DNA of 64,000 bases from Ramazzottius varieornatus. Lineage: Eukaryota > Animalia > Tardigrada. Made by a program: the position numbers and the translations under genes. The DNA is taken from NCBI GenBank assembly GCA_001949185.1, contig BDGG01000010.1:1373773-1437772 (forward strand), written 5' to 3'. How positions within the stretch are numbered: position 1 is the stretch's first letter; each line of letters opens with the position of its first letter. Under the pieces are notes generated by a model. That model did not search any database, was not told the DNA's origin, and saw only the letters and a program-made list of their open reading frames with translations. Below, in pieces: positions 13,089-25,406 of the stretch.

Positions 13089-15026
13089 TTAGGGTCTTAG
13101 ACCTTTGCCAGTTCCAGCTGAACTCAAGAGGGCGTCTATACTGAAAGAAGTAGTAGTTTTCGGCCGCTGCTCTGACAACTTCTGTGATGGTACCAGATCG
13201 TGAACAACATCGAGGGAGTCCGCGGAGGATGATGCTTCCGAGTTCCAAGTTCCGAGTTCCAAGTTTCGAGAGGGCGACAGCGGCGTCTTGGCTTCTCCGC
13301 GATCGGACGCTGCAATACAGTACATTCCTCCCGAACGCATCTTTTTGATTTCTCGTTGCGTTTGTTTTAAGCGTTTCTTTTCTAGGCGTTCTTTTTCCCG
13401 TCGTTGACGTTCCTCTTCAGAGATGGGCTCACCGCTGCATGTCTGCGGATGGGCGTTATGCGCGGGTCGTCCGGGACCTTTTCGGGTGTTTTCCTTCTTT
13501 CTCCATTTCGCTCGCCGATTCTGGAACCAAACCTACCAAAGGAAGCAAGTTAAAGACTTTCTTTATTTTTTTCTAATCGGTCAGGAAGGTGTCTAGACCG
13601 AACAGAAAAAATCCGCGCGATTTTGAATGCATCTGCATACATGGTAACCGTGCCAGTCATGTAGCATGGCGTATGCAGGTACGTGAAAGAACGTTTACGA
13701 CGACGGGTTTGCTTGATGGCATCTCTGATCACCTTTACTGGTGATTCAACAGTTAAAATATTCCGGAAATCGTGTAAAGCTTGACTTATGTTTGAGTAGG
13801 AGCGTAACAAGGGGAAGGACAAATCGATAAGTCAGTAGATTTCGTGTTTAACGTGGGCAGAATAGCTTATGACATTCATGACGTCATGTCGCATATTGCG
13901 CGGCAAGTTCAAGTCCTTAGGGACGGAAATAGTAGATGAATTAAATGATACATCACGGACTTATTATCATAAACGCCAACTGTGGAGAATAGCTGTTGCC
14001 TTATTCATACCAATCATTTCGGACAAACGAAGCTTTGTCATGAATTCCGTTACAAGTTAATTGCTAATTTCCTCTTTACGCAGTTGCAGTGGTTTTGGAA
14101 GGTTACGTACGTGCAGGTTGACTTTTCGATTAGCTAGTGTCGTAACCGGATACGCCCACGCGTTACTGGCGACCTTATGCTCAAAATTTCAATTCGAAAA
14201 ATTCTTTTTCTTTTGGAAAAAAGCAATGCATAAGAGCAATCGAGCAAGAAACGCGCAATGAAGAAATGAACAGAATTAAAGAGTTCGGTAAGAAATTGGA
14301 CTTTGCGGCTCGCCTGAAAATTCATTTACTACCGATCGAAGGTATTTTCAAGATTCACAATAAGAAATATGTTCCAGACTTTTAAGCCATGAAGAACGCC
14401 TTTCAAAAGGTTGCAACTTCAAACAAGCTTGAAAGTATACCTGAACGCGACTTTCAGCAAGGTCGAGGCGAAGAGCGAGGGCTTCTCGCATGAAGATGTC
14501 GGGATAGTGCGAACTCTCGAATGCCCTTTCTAACTCTTGTAGTTGCCATCCTGTGAAGTTCGTTCGTGTCCGTCGACGCTTGCTCGCGTCGTTTTCTGTA
14601 AACAAAATACCGATGGTGTTACAGAAAACTGACTACTGTAGTTTTAAGGGAACCTCGCTTACCATCTTCAGCAATGGATTCAGCGTCCGCTCTGCTCTTC
14701 GCTTCCTCGTTAGTTGACTCACTCCGATTGGGGTAAGCAATACTTCTGTGATCTCCATAACTCATAATGGCTTGATCGGTCAAGAAACTGTTTTTAGCGT
14801 CTGGAGACCCAAGGGACTTCCGCCCGTTGGCAAAGTTCGCTGCAAGTCGGGCATTGTGCAACTGGACCATCCACGAATTCGGCTGAAGTGCAAAGGTTGA
14901 TGCATGAGGAACTGTGTCCGGGTGGACTCCGAAAGGCGGAACACCACACAGCGGCAGGAAGGGGAAATTTCCGCGGAATGCGTGGAAAGGTCGCTCCATT
15001 TCCCCGTTGGGAAAGAATGCAGGCAT
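13089..15026 (-). CDS. unc-4: Paired-like homeobox protein unc-4/Uncx (3 exons; ~0.9 kb intron 13533-14440 splits the homeodomain)
   Basis: [46 protein letters not shown]|[37 protein letters not shown] is diagnostic of Unc-4. C-terminal eh1 motif SFSIDALL. Confidence 0.95.
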
Positions 15027-18000
15027 TATTCAATGGCGATAAAAAATGTTCAAATCATTCGACAGACAATAGTGTTGTGATTTAATTGTGGATCATTTAG
15101 GTCTCGGAAAGGCTTGGGGGAGATGGATGGGATGAGAAACGGATAGGGAAGAGCCGATGGAGACGGTAGCGAGGTAAGGGGAACGGCAGAATGATTTCTT
15201 CATGCGTTGAATGGTGTCGCCAAACGGTCGTTGAATTGGCAATGATGAAGTGACATTCCGATGCGAGACGATTCGGTACGATGGGTGTAATTGATAACCG
15301 AGACTGGTTAGAGATGCGACGGTACTCGAGAAGCGAAGGCTCGTTGCAGGCTTCTCAACCAACCGAACCAGTCGAAGGATCAGAAAATGACAAGTGGCGG
15401 ATTATTTCGTGATTTGAGCCTCAGCTTTGGTTCGAAGAAAGAAAGTGGCGGAATTGAATTATTCGGCTAATGTGACAACCATCTATTAAACCTCTTGGTG
15501 GAAAATGCTATTAAAATGATAATCGGAGGGTGGAACCCTCATTTGGCACATCAAAGTAGAAACCGGGGTACTTTCGCGTAACACTTCGAACACAGAAACT
15601 ACGGTTTCTATCTAAGTGGTGTTGCATGCAGTTACTCGATCCGTCGATCGGTACTGTTCCGGTGCACGATTGGGCGCCGGCAAATGGGAAGAGGTGGAGT
15701 TGAATGTCAATATTTGTCAGTGTTTAATTAACTTGTCACAATAAACGCGTTGTATCCAATAATTGCTAAGCGTATTTGTACTGGCTCAAAAATCAACTTG
15801 AGCTCCAGCTGCATAAGCTCTGGCTCCTTTCTTCCTGGCCCTATTTTGATTGGAGGCCGGCCGCTCCCTATCCCACTGCGGTCAAAGCATACCGGACAGT
15901 ATCGCTGGACATTGGATGTGCTTGTGTCTAGCAAAGCGCTTGTCCGCCACGCGGCGTGAACGTACGCCAGTGTTATGGCTGGTAGCCGCATAACGCTTCC
16001 CTTTAGACTCGTCCAGATTTTAGAATGCCTAATCAGGAAGTTGAGATGACTATTTACCGCTTGAACTGCAAAATTAACAGTTCATGTCTTTGAAAACTCA
16101 TCATGCGGCCTTTTCATGGAGCAACTTAGACCGTCCCATTTGAGTTCGTGGGAGAATCCTGTCACGATGATTCTGTTTAAAAATGCTTTCAAAATACCTG
16201 CAGGATAACTGTGATAAGTTCTTCCGTCTTATCGGTACAAATCTCAAATGAGGCCGGCGTTTCTTTGTGTGGTGAAACATCAATCTGTTTATGACTCTGC
16301 TAAATTGGCGGTCCTTTGACCGGCGTTGAGTGCTTATTAAGGTGTTAATTGGCTCCACAAAGAACCATTTCGAAGACGGAAACGTTGTTTACAATGACAC
16401 AATTAGCAAGGTTTCCTCGATTTCTTGGTAATTAATTAGACCCTACCGTCCCCCACATACAGTGTACTGTATTACTGGAGGTTAGAGTATGCATGGGCGG
16501 AAGTCTGATCATGAAGAGGTGACATACCGTTTGTCCGAGATTTCGCTCTTTAGTATCGTGTTCTGGTTGAATCGTTATTAGCAAGAAATTGCGATTTACG
16601 ATATATCGAACTCGTAGCTTAGGACTGACTGAGTGAGCTCCGGACTCTCAAGTGAGTATTTACGGTAATCATCTTCGTCGCAGCTGTCGATGCTGCGCAG
16701 TTCTGTTAATGTCCCTCATAATCCCTATTTGATTGTTTTATTTTTATATATCCTGTGGCGGTGCACATATATCACCAATTTGGCAAGCTGACCCCTTCTT
16801 AATTTGTTTGAAAAGTCATTCAAAAGCCATTTCGGAGTACCACGAGTTCCACGCCCAAACTTGATGGTCCGAGTTAGATTACTAGTGGTTCAGACCGGAA
16901 CATACGGTGACGTTCATTCTAAAAACTCTGGAAACAACAATTAAACGATTCTTACCAGACTTATATCCAGGAGCAGAATTCGGTTTTGTTATGGAACTAC
17001 TAATTACTTTCGTGGACCACATATCGGAATAAGTGATTAAGAAAATCTGTCCGGGTGACCCGGAAACGTTATCCAGTATAAATCAATGTTGTGCATTTAT
17101 GACAGATTTTTGGGTAATGATGTTTGACGGTCCGTATCGGGCGATGGAATGAGTTTGGAGAGCAATAGCCATGAAAAAGCGGATGGAATATGCAAACGAT
17201 ATTAATTAGGCATTACATGGCGCTCAGCGGGCCAGCTGCGTCTCCCAACAAGCTTTTATTATTATAAGCAGACGATATCAATCGCCCCTTAAAAATGAAG
17301 GCGGACAAATCTGGTGGTATTTGGGTCAATTCTATTCAACGCCCCGACATGACGCAAATATTTTCCGACAGTCCGTCATGGATAGTCTAATGTTTTGCTG
17401 ATACCGCTTGGGTTCACAGAGGTCACCGCTAGGGGAAAACAGCTATCTACCGCGCACCTGCGTACTGTTCAGCTATACTATGCACTGCGTTCAGTGTATG
17501 CAGGCCTTCGGAACCAGCGCGTTCATAGTGATGATATTGCGATTTCTTCCTGGTCGATAATTGGCCAGAATATAACCTTGAGAAGTTGTCAGCCCACTCA
17601 CGTTTTTGAATTAGTGAGTATTTTGACTGCGGAATACGAGACGGGAGTATAAAGGGCCACTTGTGAGGAGGTGACATTGCATTGGCGTAATGATATACCG
17701 TTGCGCGCGTGAGAGCGGTAATGTGTTTGAGATGGATGGAAAGAGGAGTAAATAATCCCCTGTTTGACTTTAATTTTCTGGAGAGCTTGTTGAATTACAG
17801 GGGATTTCCGGCTGAAGAAAATTGCCTCATGAATGACCGAGGATGAGAAGGGCAAACTGCTGCGAAACGTATCAGTGCCGACCGAAGAAAGACGGGTTCG
17901 TGTCAATAGATTGCCGAGAGCCGGAAAAGATACTGGAGAGTACCGGGGAGAATTGAATTGGATTTTGAGTGCTGATCTAATCGATGATTAAAGATCGTTG

Positions 18001-19708
18001 AACATTACCTCGGGCTGGCGATTGCGCGCCGCTTAATCGTTGTTATTCTTGCTTAACAAATTCCATCTGGGGACTTTTTATTGATGGCGTTTGCTCTCAT
18101 TTAATCAAATGCAGTCATTGATCGTCTATCCTCCGCCGTTCCAATCGATACATCACCGTAAGATCCCCGCATTCTACGACCAACGTTTTTATGACGGCGA
18201 GATATTTTTAAATTCTAAAGTGGAATGGGGAATCTCGGAAAGAATTGGCGCGTCGGTCGAATAAAAACCAGGGTGATCTTACTGTTAGTTCTGGTTGAAT
18301 TACCCTGATTTCTGTCTGAAGGGTCCACACAGGACCGACGGGTGCGCCATTACAGTCTTCCACCATGCGAATAAGAAAGCTGGAGGCTTTTGCAGGAAGG
18401 ATTGATTTTTCAGGCAATTTATTTCGTGTGTTCGATAGTGATCGAGGGAGTGAAGTGCAACCGATCGTTAATTCGAAGACTTTCAATCGAGAGACCATCA
18501 ATTTTGTTAAAATGACTGCGCCGAGTCATGTCAAGACGTTAAGGGTGAAATTATACTTTTCGATCTTGCGTTTTAATTTAGTCAAATAAATAAGGTTTGA
18601 GATTGTCAGCCGACAGCCTCTAGATTGTCTCGTCGCACAACTGACGGAACGTTGATGCCGACTTTCACAAAACCGCCCACTGTTCTTGTACAGGCTCGGA
18701 AGTTTAATCGGCCGACGCAGCACTAAGGAAGTAATTATTGGGCGAGTGAAATGGAAGAGTCTGCGGATGCGAGCGCCAAGTGTGATAATTGCTGGTTAAA
18801 GACCTTGTCATCCCAATAGGCTTCTTAAATCTATTCCGTTAATAATGACAGGTTCATCGTACCAAAATTTGATATATCTATTACACTTGTCTTGTTCCCG
18901 GCTCACTTGTGCTCGACAATTATCAGTATATTGCGGTAGCTATCCCACATTCACTGCCACGCACTTCCAACTGTGATGACCTTTCTATATGTGCGAAAAT
19001 AGCGCGCGTGGTCGTATCATAAGATAGTTGCTTATCGTGCTTTGTTCTTGACCAAACAGACTTCGGAACTTGCTGACGTCGGCAACGATTTCTCACCACA
19101 CACATACATTTCTCTTTTGTTCTTGGCTCGCTGTATTTTGCAGGGACCTTTAGTAAATATAATACTGAGTCTGCAACAGGGTCTAAAAGCAACAGAATAC
19201 CTTTCTCTTCTCGACACAAAACGCACGGACGGCATTAACAGCACAAAACACGGTAAAACATGCACGCACGAAAAACCAGTACTCTGTGACATCCTTGTCG
19301 ATCGCGATGTTTGTTACGTGAGGAACCGGTTGTGCTGGTACTACGGGCCGTCGTCCACGGCTAGCTTACACATATTCCGGCCTAATATCCGCGCATACTT
19401 CAGCCGGAAACCGTAAAACTATAGTCGTTTCCGCTGAACTACATACTTCTTGTGACGGCTCTTTACATCGTATCCGCGGAAGGAACTTCTATCTGGCAAG
19501 CAAAGTAATGGCTGCCTCGAGGAACACATAAGACGTAAAGGAAACTTGCTCGCAGTACGAACAAGGAAACAGTGAAAACTTACTCGCATGCCAGAAAACA
19601 GGCAGAGGCTTATGTACTGAAATAAATAACAAGTGTCGCTTGAGCGAATTCCGATCGGAAAGTCAAGTAAAGCAATCATGGCCCCAGTGATGGTTATAAA
19701 ACTATGAC

Positions 19709-20611
19709 TTATCTCCTTCCAACAACGTTGTTTACAAGTTGACCAGTAATGTTCTTGGTCTCCTTCAAGGAGTTACCCCATGCACCAGCTATCTGATGTC
19801 CTGCTTGCGCAAATGAAGAACCGATGACCACAGTCCTGTTGACTACGTTTTCCGCCACCTGTCAGAGAAAACAGCGATGGTGAAGTCCGCTATACACGAC
19901 TAGGAATAAAAACGTAAGCTCACTTGAACAACGGGGCGAACCACAAACGCAACGCCTGCAACTACAGGCCGTACCACGTTGGCGACCCCTTCAACAGCAG
20001 TGTCCACTCCAAGACCGATCAGGTTACCAGCAGAGTCTCGAATGGCCTATAAAAAATTATGCAAGCATCTGACAGTTCAAACACACAACACGATAATGAG
20101 GTAAAACCATCCAGCATTACTGTCAACTTGCATAAACTTACCTCCAACCCTCCCGCGAACTGTTGGCCGATCTCCGATAGAGTGGTCGGACGACGACGCG
20201 CATTCGAAACGACGTTTGGTGCGCCGCTTACAGGTGACGGACGAGAATTAGGAATGGGTTGCTAAAAAGAACAAGCCTAAGGTACCACATACGGTAGTAA
20301 CGGTAGATAGGTTGATGAAGGTTTCCGCTTACCGGAACTTCCGGCTGACTGGTCGCGGTGGCGATGACGGTTACCGGTCGAGGTCCTTCCGGGTTGACTG
20401 CTGGATTTACCCCGTTGCTGCCATCTTGGTTCCCCCCGACGACGGGCAGGACACTGGAGTCATCGCGCAACGGCCCGTTTTCGGCAGGAGCATCTCGCAC
20501 CGCAGGAGGATGACTGTCTTGCGCACTGCGTACGGCGGGAACTGCACTGAAAACCGAGCAGGATATCGCGAAAAGGATCACAGCAATGGCGTATACGACG
20601 TTCGACATCAT
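19709..20611 (-). CDS. Secreted protein A: signal peptide, Pro-rich disordered region, amphipathic A/G/V-rich C-terminus (4 exons)
   Basis: Signal MMSNVVYAIAVILFAISCSVFSA. Canonical phase-0 introns give ...LSEIGQQFAGGLE|AIRDSAGNLIGLGVDTAVEGVANVVRPVVAGVAFVVRPVVQ|VAENVVNRTVVIGSSFAQAGHQIAGAWGNSLKETKNITGQLVNNVVGRR*. Confidence 0.8.
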
Positions 20612-21518
20612 TTTTCTGGAAGAATCACAGTCGACAGCTTGAGCACAATTTTGGAAATAGGCTTGTGAGCGATTACGACTACGTTTGTAGAAATGATGAG
20701 TTTCTGCAGCAGATGTCTAGTTCCGTCCCAACCTATAAGTACAATGTTGTCACCTGCATGGTTTCATGTTTGTAAAGACTTGACTCACCCAGCAAAAAAC
20801 AAGTTTATCGTGATTCACCTTGATTTAGTTAGACGCTTCCGCGGAAAACAAGCTTCAGCTGACGTCGACCAGTTGTTTGTTCCAACAAGCCTTTCACGTG
20901 GAGTAGAATAGACGTAAGACGTTATAAGTTACTCCACTTCGCTCCGGAAAAAACAGCAAAGAAATTTACAACTCTACTCATACAAACAATCGCGTTCAGT
21001 GCGAAAGGTAACCCAGGCGGAATTGCACTCCTATAAAAAGCAATGTGAATGGAGGAGAAACTGAAATGTGGGAAAAATCAGCGACGAACATAGTATAGCC
21101 AGTGGTCGAAGCTAACTCAGCTCGGACCTCATAGGGACAAACTCAAGGCTGTGCTGGGCGGCCATAAGCTTACAGAAATAATCGCCGGAACTCTGAAGTC
21201 ACACAGTCTCTAGTTCGATCTGTGTATAAAGATTCGGCGTTCTAGGATGTACCCATAAGAATCGCATCCCTAGCTTATGGTTTTTTTATCTGACTACACG
21301 ACCTGTCTCGTTTGGAATTTTCTCAGTACTCGCCGTACCCATGAAATCGGACAGAATAAAGTTTCAAAGAAGTGAAACGAATACAGCCAGAACTTAAACT
21401 AACGAAAATCACGTGGCCAGAACTGCTCAAAATAAAATCCAGAGTTTCTGGACGAACGTCTGCTTCGCCAACGTACTGCCAGTGCCAGGAATATCACATA
21501 AAGCGAATCTCAAAATCT

Positions 21519-22099
21519 TCAGGCGGGTGCGTTCCCCTTGAAAGCCTCCTTTATCTTTAGCGCTCCTTCTCCCAGAGCTGCTCCGACTCCACCAGCAGCT
21601 TCCCCGAAAGCCTCTCCAACGGCGACTATGGGTCGAACCACGGGAGCGACAACGTTAGCAACAGCCTGCAAAGCAGAAACACCTTGCTGTTAATGCAGTT
21701 TAAACCGCGCAACTTCATCTGGGTATGCCAAGCTAAAACTGCAACGTACGCGAAACCGATCGGTTTCTTCTCTTACCTGCGCTCCAGCGCCTACAACTTG
21801 GGCAGCTGAACCCCCAATCTGCTTTATCCCTGACGTGAATTGTTCTCTGGCTCCGTGAAGAGATGGTCCAGCATCGGCACTATCCGCGTTTGAATTTGCG
21901 ACTGCTGGTTGGGCAACAGCTGGCGCACTTCCGGGTTGGGGGGCTGCTGTCGCTTGTTGAGCCACCGGAGCACTTTGGCTCACCTGTCGGATCCAACAGA
22001 ACATTCCGAAGACACAGACTTTGGTAGCATCTGAATAGTTTTACTTACACTGCACAACCAGGATATTCCAATAACGATTAGCGCCAGACGAGAATCCAT
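21519..22099 (-). CDS. Secreted protein B, paralog of A (3 exons)
   Basis: MDSRLALIVIGISWLCS|VSQSAPVAQQATAAPQPGSAPAVAQP...SLHGAREQFTSGIKQIGGSAAQVVGAGAQ|AVANVVAPVVRPIVAVGEAFGEAAGGVGAALGEGALKIKEAFKGNAPA*. GT-AG introns. Confidence 0.8.
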
Positions 22100-22797
22100 C
22101 GTTGATGTGGAGAAGGACTACGGGACGGAATTGACGAGATCACCAACACGAATACTGTTATCTTCTGACTTCACGAAACTGCTTGAAAGAAAGCTGAAGA
22201 CTGCGAAGTAAAGACTAAATGCAGCCCAGAGATGTCTGATAGAGATTGTGAACGAGGAAGAGTACTGTTTAGCCAGCAGCAACTTCAGTCACCTTCTTAC
22301 CACTATTGCGCCTAATTATCAGGCAGAAACGAATGGGTATAATCGTGAATAGGTATGAACAACAAAGCAAAATGTTTCCGAATGCCATCTCAACAACCAC
22401 TCGCTTAATTGAGCAGTTGCAAGTGTTCTGAATTCAAGCGAAGTACGAGTACCAATGCATTGTGTGCGCGCTAGTTGATATTTCACGGGTGGAATTTACC
22501 GTAAGTTTGCAAACCGGTTTCTGAGAAGTTCGCCCAGTAACTACGCCTTGCGTACTGAAAGTACGAGTAGTGAAACCTTTACTCGTTTTACAGATTTCAA
22601 TCTCGCGCAGTAATCAAACCAGAGAATAGAAAGACATACGATTGATCCATAGTTGAAAACTCATTGGAAGCAAACATGCAATGTGTACGTATAAAACAAG
22701 CTTCTGATGCCTAAAAACATGAAGACCTCATCTCGAGACCCAAGTCATCATGTAAAATTGGTTCCCGCCTTTATGAATTGTCAGACTGTAGGGCCGC

Positions 22798-24719
22798 TCA
22801 AGGTCTCACGAAAATCTTGACCATGCCTCCTTCGCGGTTGTAGAACTGCTTGTATGCATCGGGAACATCTTTCAATCTCATAGTGTGGGTGACGAAGAAG
22901 GACCTACATGTTAAAGACAGACATCGTGAGTACACGATAATCGATCTCAAATATAATCATATGCAAAGCTGGTTTTCACTTACGGGTCATATTCCCCAGT
23001 TCGCAGTTTCTCAAGAGCCATTTTCCAAATTCTCTACAGAAAGACACAAGCGTTAATATCAAGCATCCATACTCTGTTATCGTTCAGACTCTCAACAGGT
23101 TTCTGACTACAGAATCATGTTGACTGCGGCTGGGAATTTACCTGAGTGGGGCTTTGGCCGCTCTCCAGACGGAGATGCTTCATACTGATGGTGCCAATGG
23201 GGAAGTTGTTGGCGGTTCCTGGGTAATCAGCGATAACGGATACTAAAACACAAGACGGAAGTACGGTTGGATAACAGTTCAATAGAGAGCAACCGTGGAC
23301 GCGGCCAATCAACGAAAACGAACAATACCTATTCCATTCTTGCGACAAGCTTTGCAGCATTCGGTGATGATTTCCGGCGTGTCACTTTCCAGCAACAAGG
23401 CGCGTTGGATCTTGTGCCCAATGCTCTTTGCAAAGCGGAAGCCGGCTGCGTCGATACAGCAGTCCAAACCCTGCGGGAACATCTTACTGATGGTCTCCAC
23501 CGGATCCTGTTCGTGATAGTTGATCACGACGCAGCCCAGGCTTCGTGCAATGTCCAAGCGGTCTTCCGTTCCAGAGATGGCGACCACGGTAGACGCACCA
23601 AGAATCTGCGCCCATCGAGCAGCTGCTAAGCCGATGGGACCCATACCCCAAATGCCAACCTTGTCGCCTGGCTTGACTTTGCCCATCTCACACGCATGGA
23701 ACGAAGTAGCTGAAATCGGAAATCTCTCTAATACAACCATCACAAACACAGCTTAAACTACAAAGCTCGAACGACTTCGGTCTTAGTTGGATGGTTCAAC
23801 CGGAAAGATGGCGAAATCGCTTACAGATCACGTCAGACAAGTATAAGGCCTTCTCGTCGGGAACGTCCTCCGGAATGGGCAAGCAGTTCAAGTCGGCAAA
23901 GGGAACGCGAACGTACTCGGCTTGTCCTCCCCAGTACCCGCCGACCATGTGACCATAGCCAAAGACTCCCACCAAGGCATGGCCGAACATTGTTTCTAAA
24001 TCGCAAGACATCCATGACGTCAGAGAAAGACTGCTACAATCGTCGCTCCAGCAAAGACGCGTAAGAAAACTGGATCATCAGTTTTACGATTCTTGCGTAC
24101 CTGCAACCCTGCTAGGGTTTGTTGTATCGCAGCTAGTGTACTCTTCACGCTTGCAGAAATCGCAGAAGCCACAGGCGATATCGAAGGCGACGACAACGCG
24201 GGTTCCGATCGGCAGCTTGACATCCGGTCCCTTGTCCACCACGATACCCTACACCAGAAACAGTTCAAAATAGCTTCTGTTTCTTCTCAGCAGAACTCTA
24301 TGGCCTTTGGAATGAAGCAAAACTGTATCCCAACTCACCATGAATTCATGTCCCACGATATCGCCTTTTTCCATGCCCGGAAGTTCGCCAGAGTACAGAT
24401 GTAGGTCGCTGCCGCAGATTGTGGTAGCTGTCACTTTGAGGAGTATGTCGTGCGGCTCGCTGACCATTGGTCGAGGCACTGCAAAATGTATATTCAGAAC
24501 GATTAGCGGACCAGCAGTCGAAGGCGCTCCTCAAATGACGTCTCGGCTAGTAAACAGATGGTTTTTACCTTCATCGTAGCGCATGTCAAACTTGCCGTGC
24601 CAGACAATCGCCTTCATCTTCTCGGTGGGATGCGTCTTGGGTTGTTGACGAGTGCTGGTCGGATTGTGTCCCAGTACCTTATCGGCCACCGCTGCCATGA
24701 TATTCGTTGGGTTCATCAT
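22798..24719 (-). CDS. Zn-dependent medium-chain dehydrogenase, glutathione-dependent formaldehyde dehydrogenase-like (FDH_like_1/YbdR type)
   Basis: [26 protein letters not shown], structural-Zn [61 protein letters not shown]. Multiple short introns. Confidence 0.92.
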
Positions 24720-24838
24720 CTTGCAGCCTCGAAGCACACGAATTCTACAGTGCCATAATATTTAATAAGAGATGATTAACAGCGGCGGTCATACCTTTGT
24801 GCTTGGAGAATAGCTTGCAATAAAGACGCTTCCTGAGC

Positions 24839-24844
24839 TTATAT
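24839..24844 (-). promoter_or_regulatory. Putative TATA box of the dehydrogenase gene
   Basis: GATATAAG on the minus strand ~120 bp upstream of the ATG. Confidence 0.3.
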
Positions 24845-25406
24845 CCAGATCCAACGAAGCTTACACCTGCAGTCCTCGTTGCTTTCCCTAGGTGAATGCA
24901 GAATGGCGGAGGTAAGAATGCCGGATGATGGAAAATACCCGAAAGAAAGCCAACAAAGCAATTTTCCAACTTTATCAGCTGTGCCACACTGCCAGTGCCT
25001 CTCTGGCGTTGCTTCAGGCGATGGCAAGTTCCCATACGGTCTACGTCACAGGCCTACAGAAAGAGCAAAAAGAAACCATCTCTGTCTGGCTACGTCATCC
25101 GCGAAAAGGCCAGGATTGGACCGGCACAGCTGTGTGTCATTCACGCCAGGGCAACGCCCTGCACCTGCAAGATGACCAGGCTGACGTCACCCAACGTCGT
25201 GATTACCAGCGGATCGGAGCGACTTGGGAACGTGTATCCGTCCCGCTCAGCAGTTCCTGACTTCCGCCAAAAATCAATCACGCAGAATAACTGAATAAGC
25301 CAGAATTTCGCTCGATGTTTTTTTCGTTTGGGATTTGTTCTGCGTAGATCTAGTTTTAGAACTTCGATCGTACACAGTAGCAGGCTAGCAGCAAACGATC
25401 TACGGA

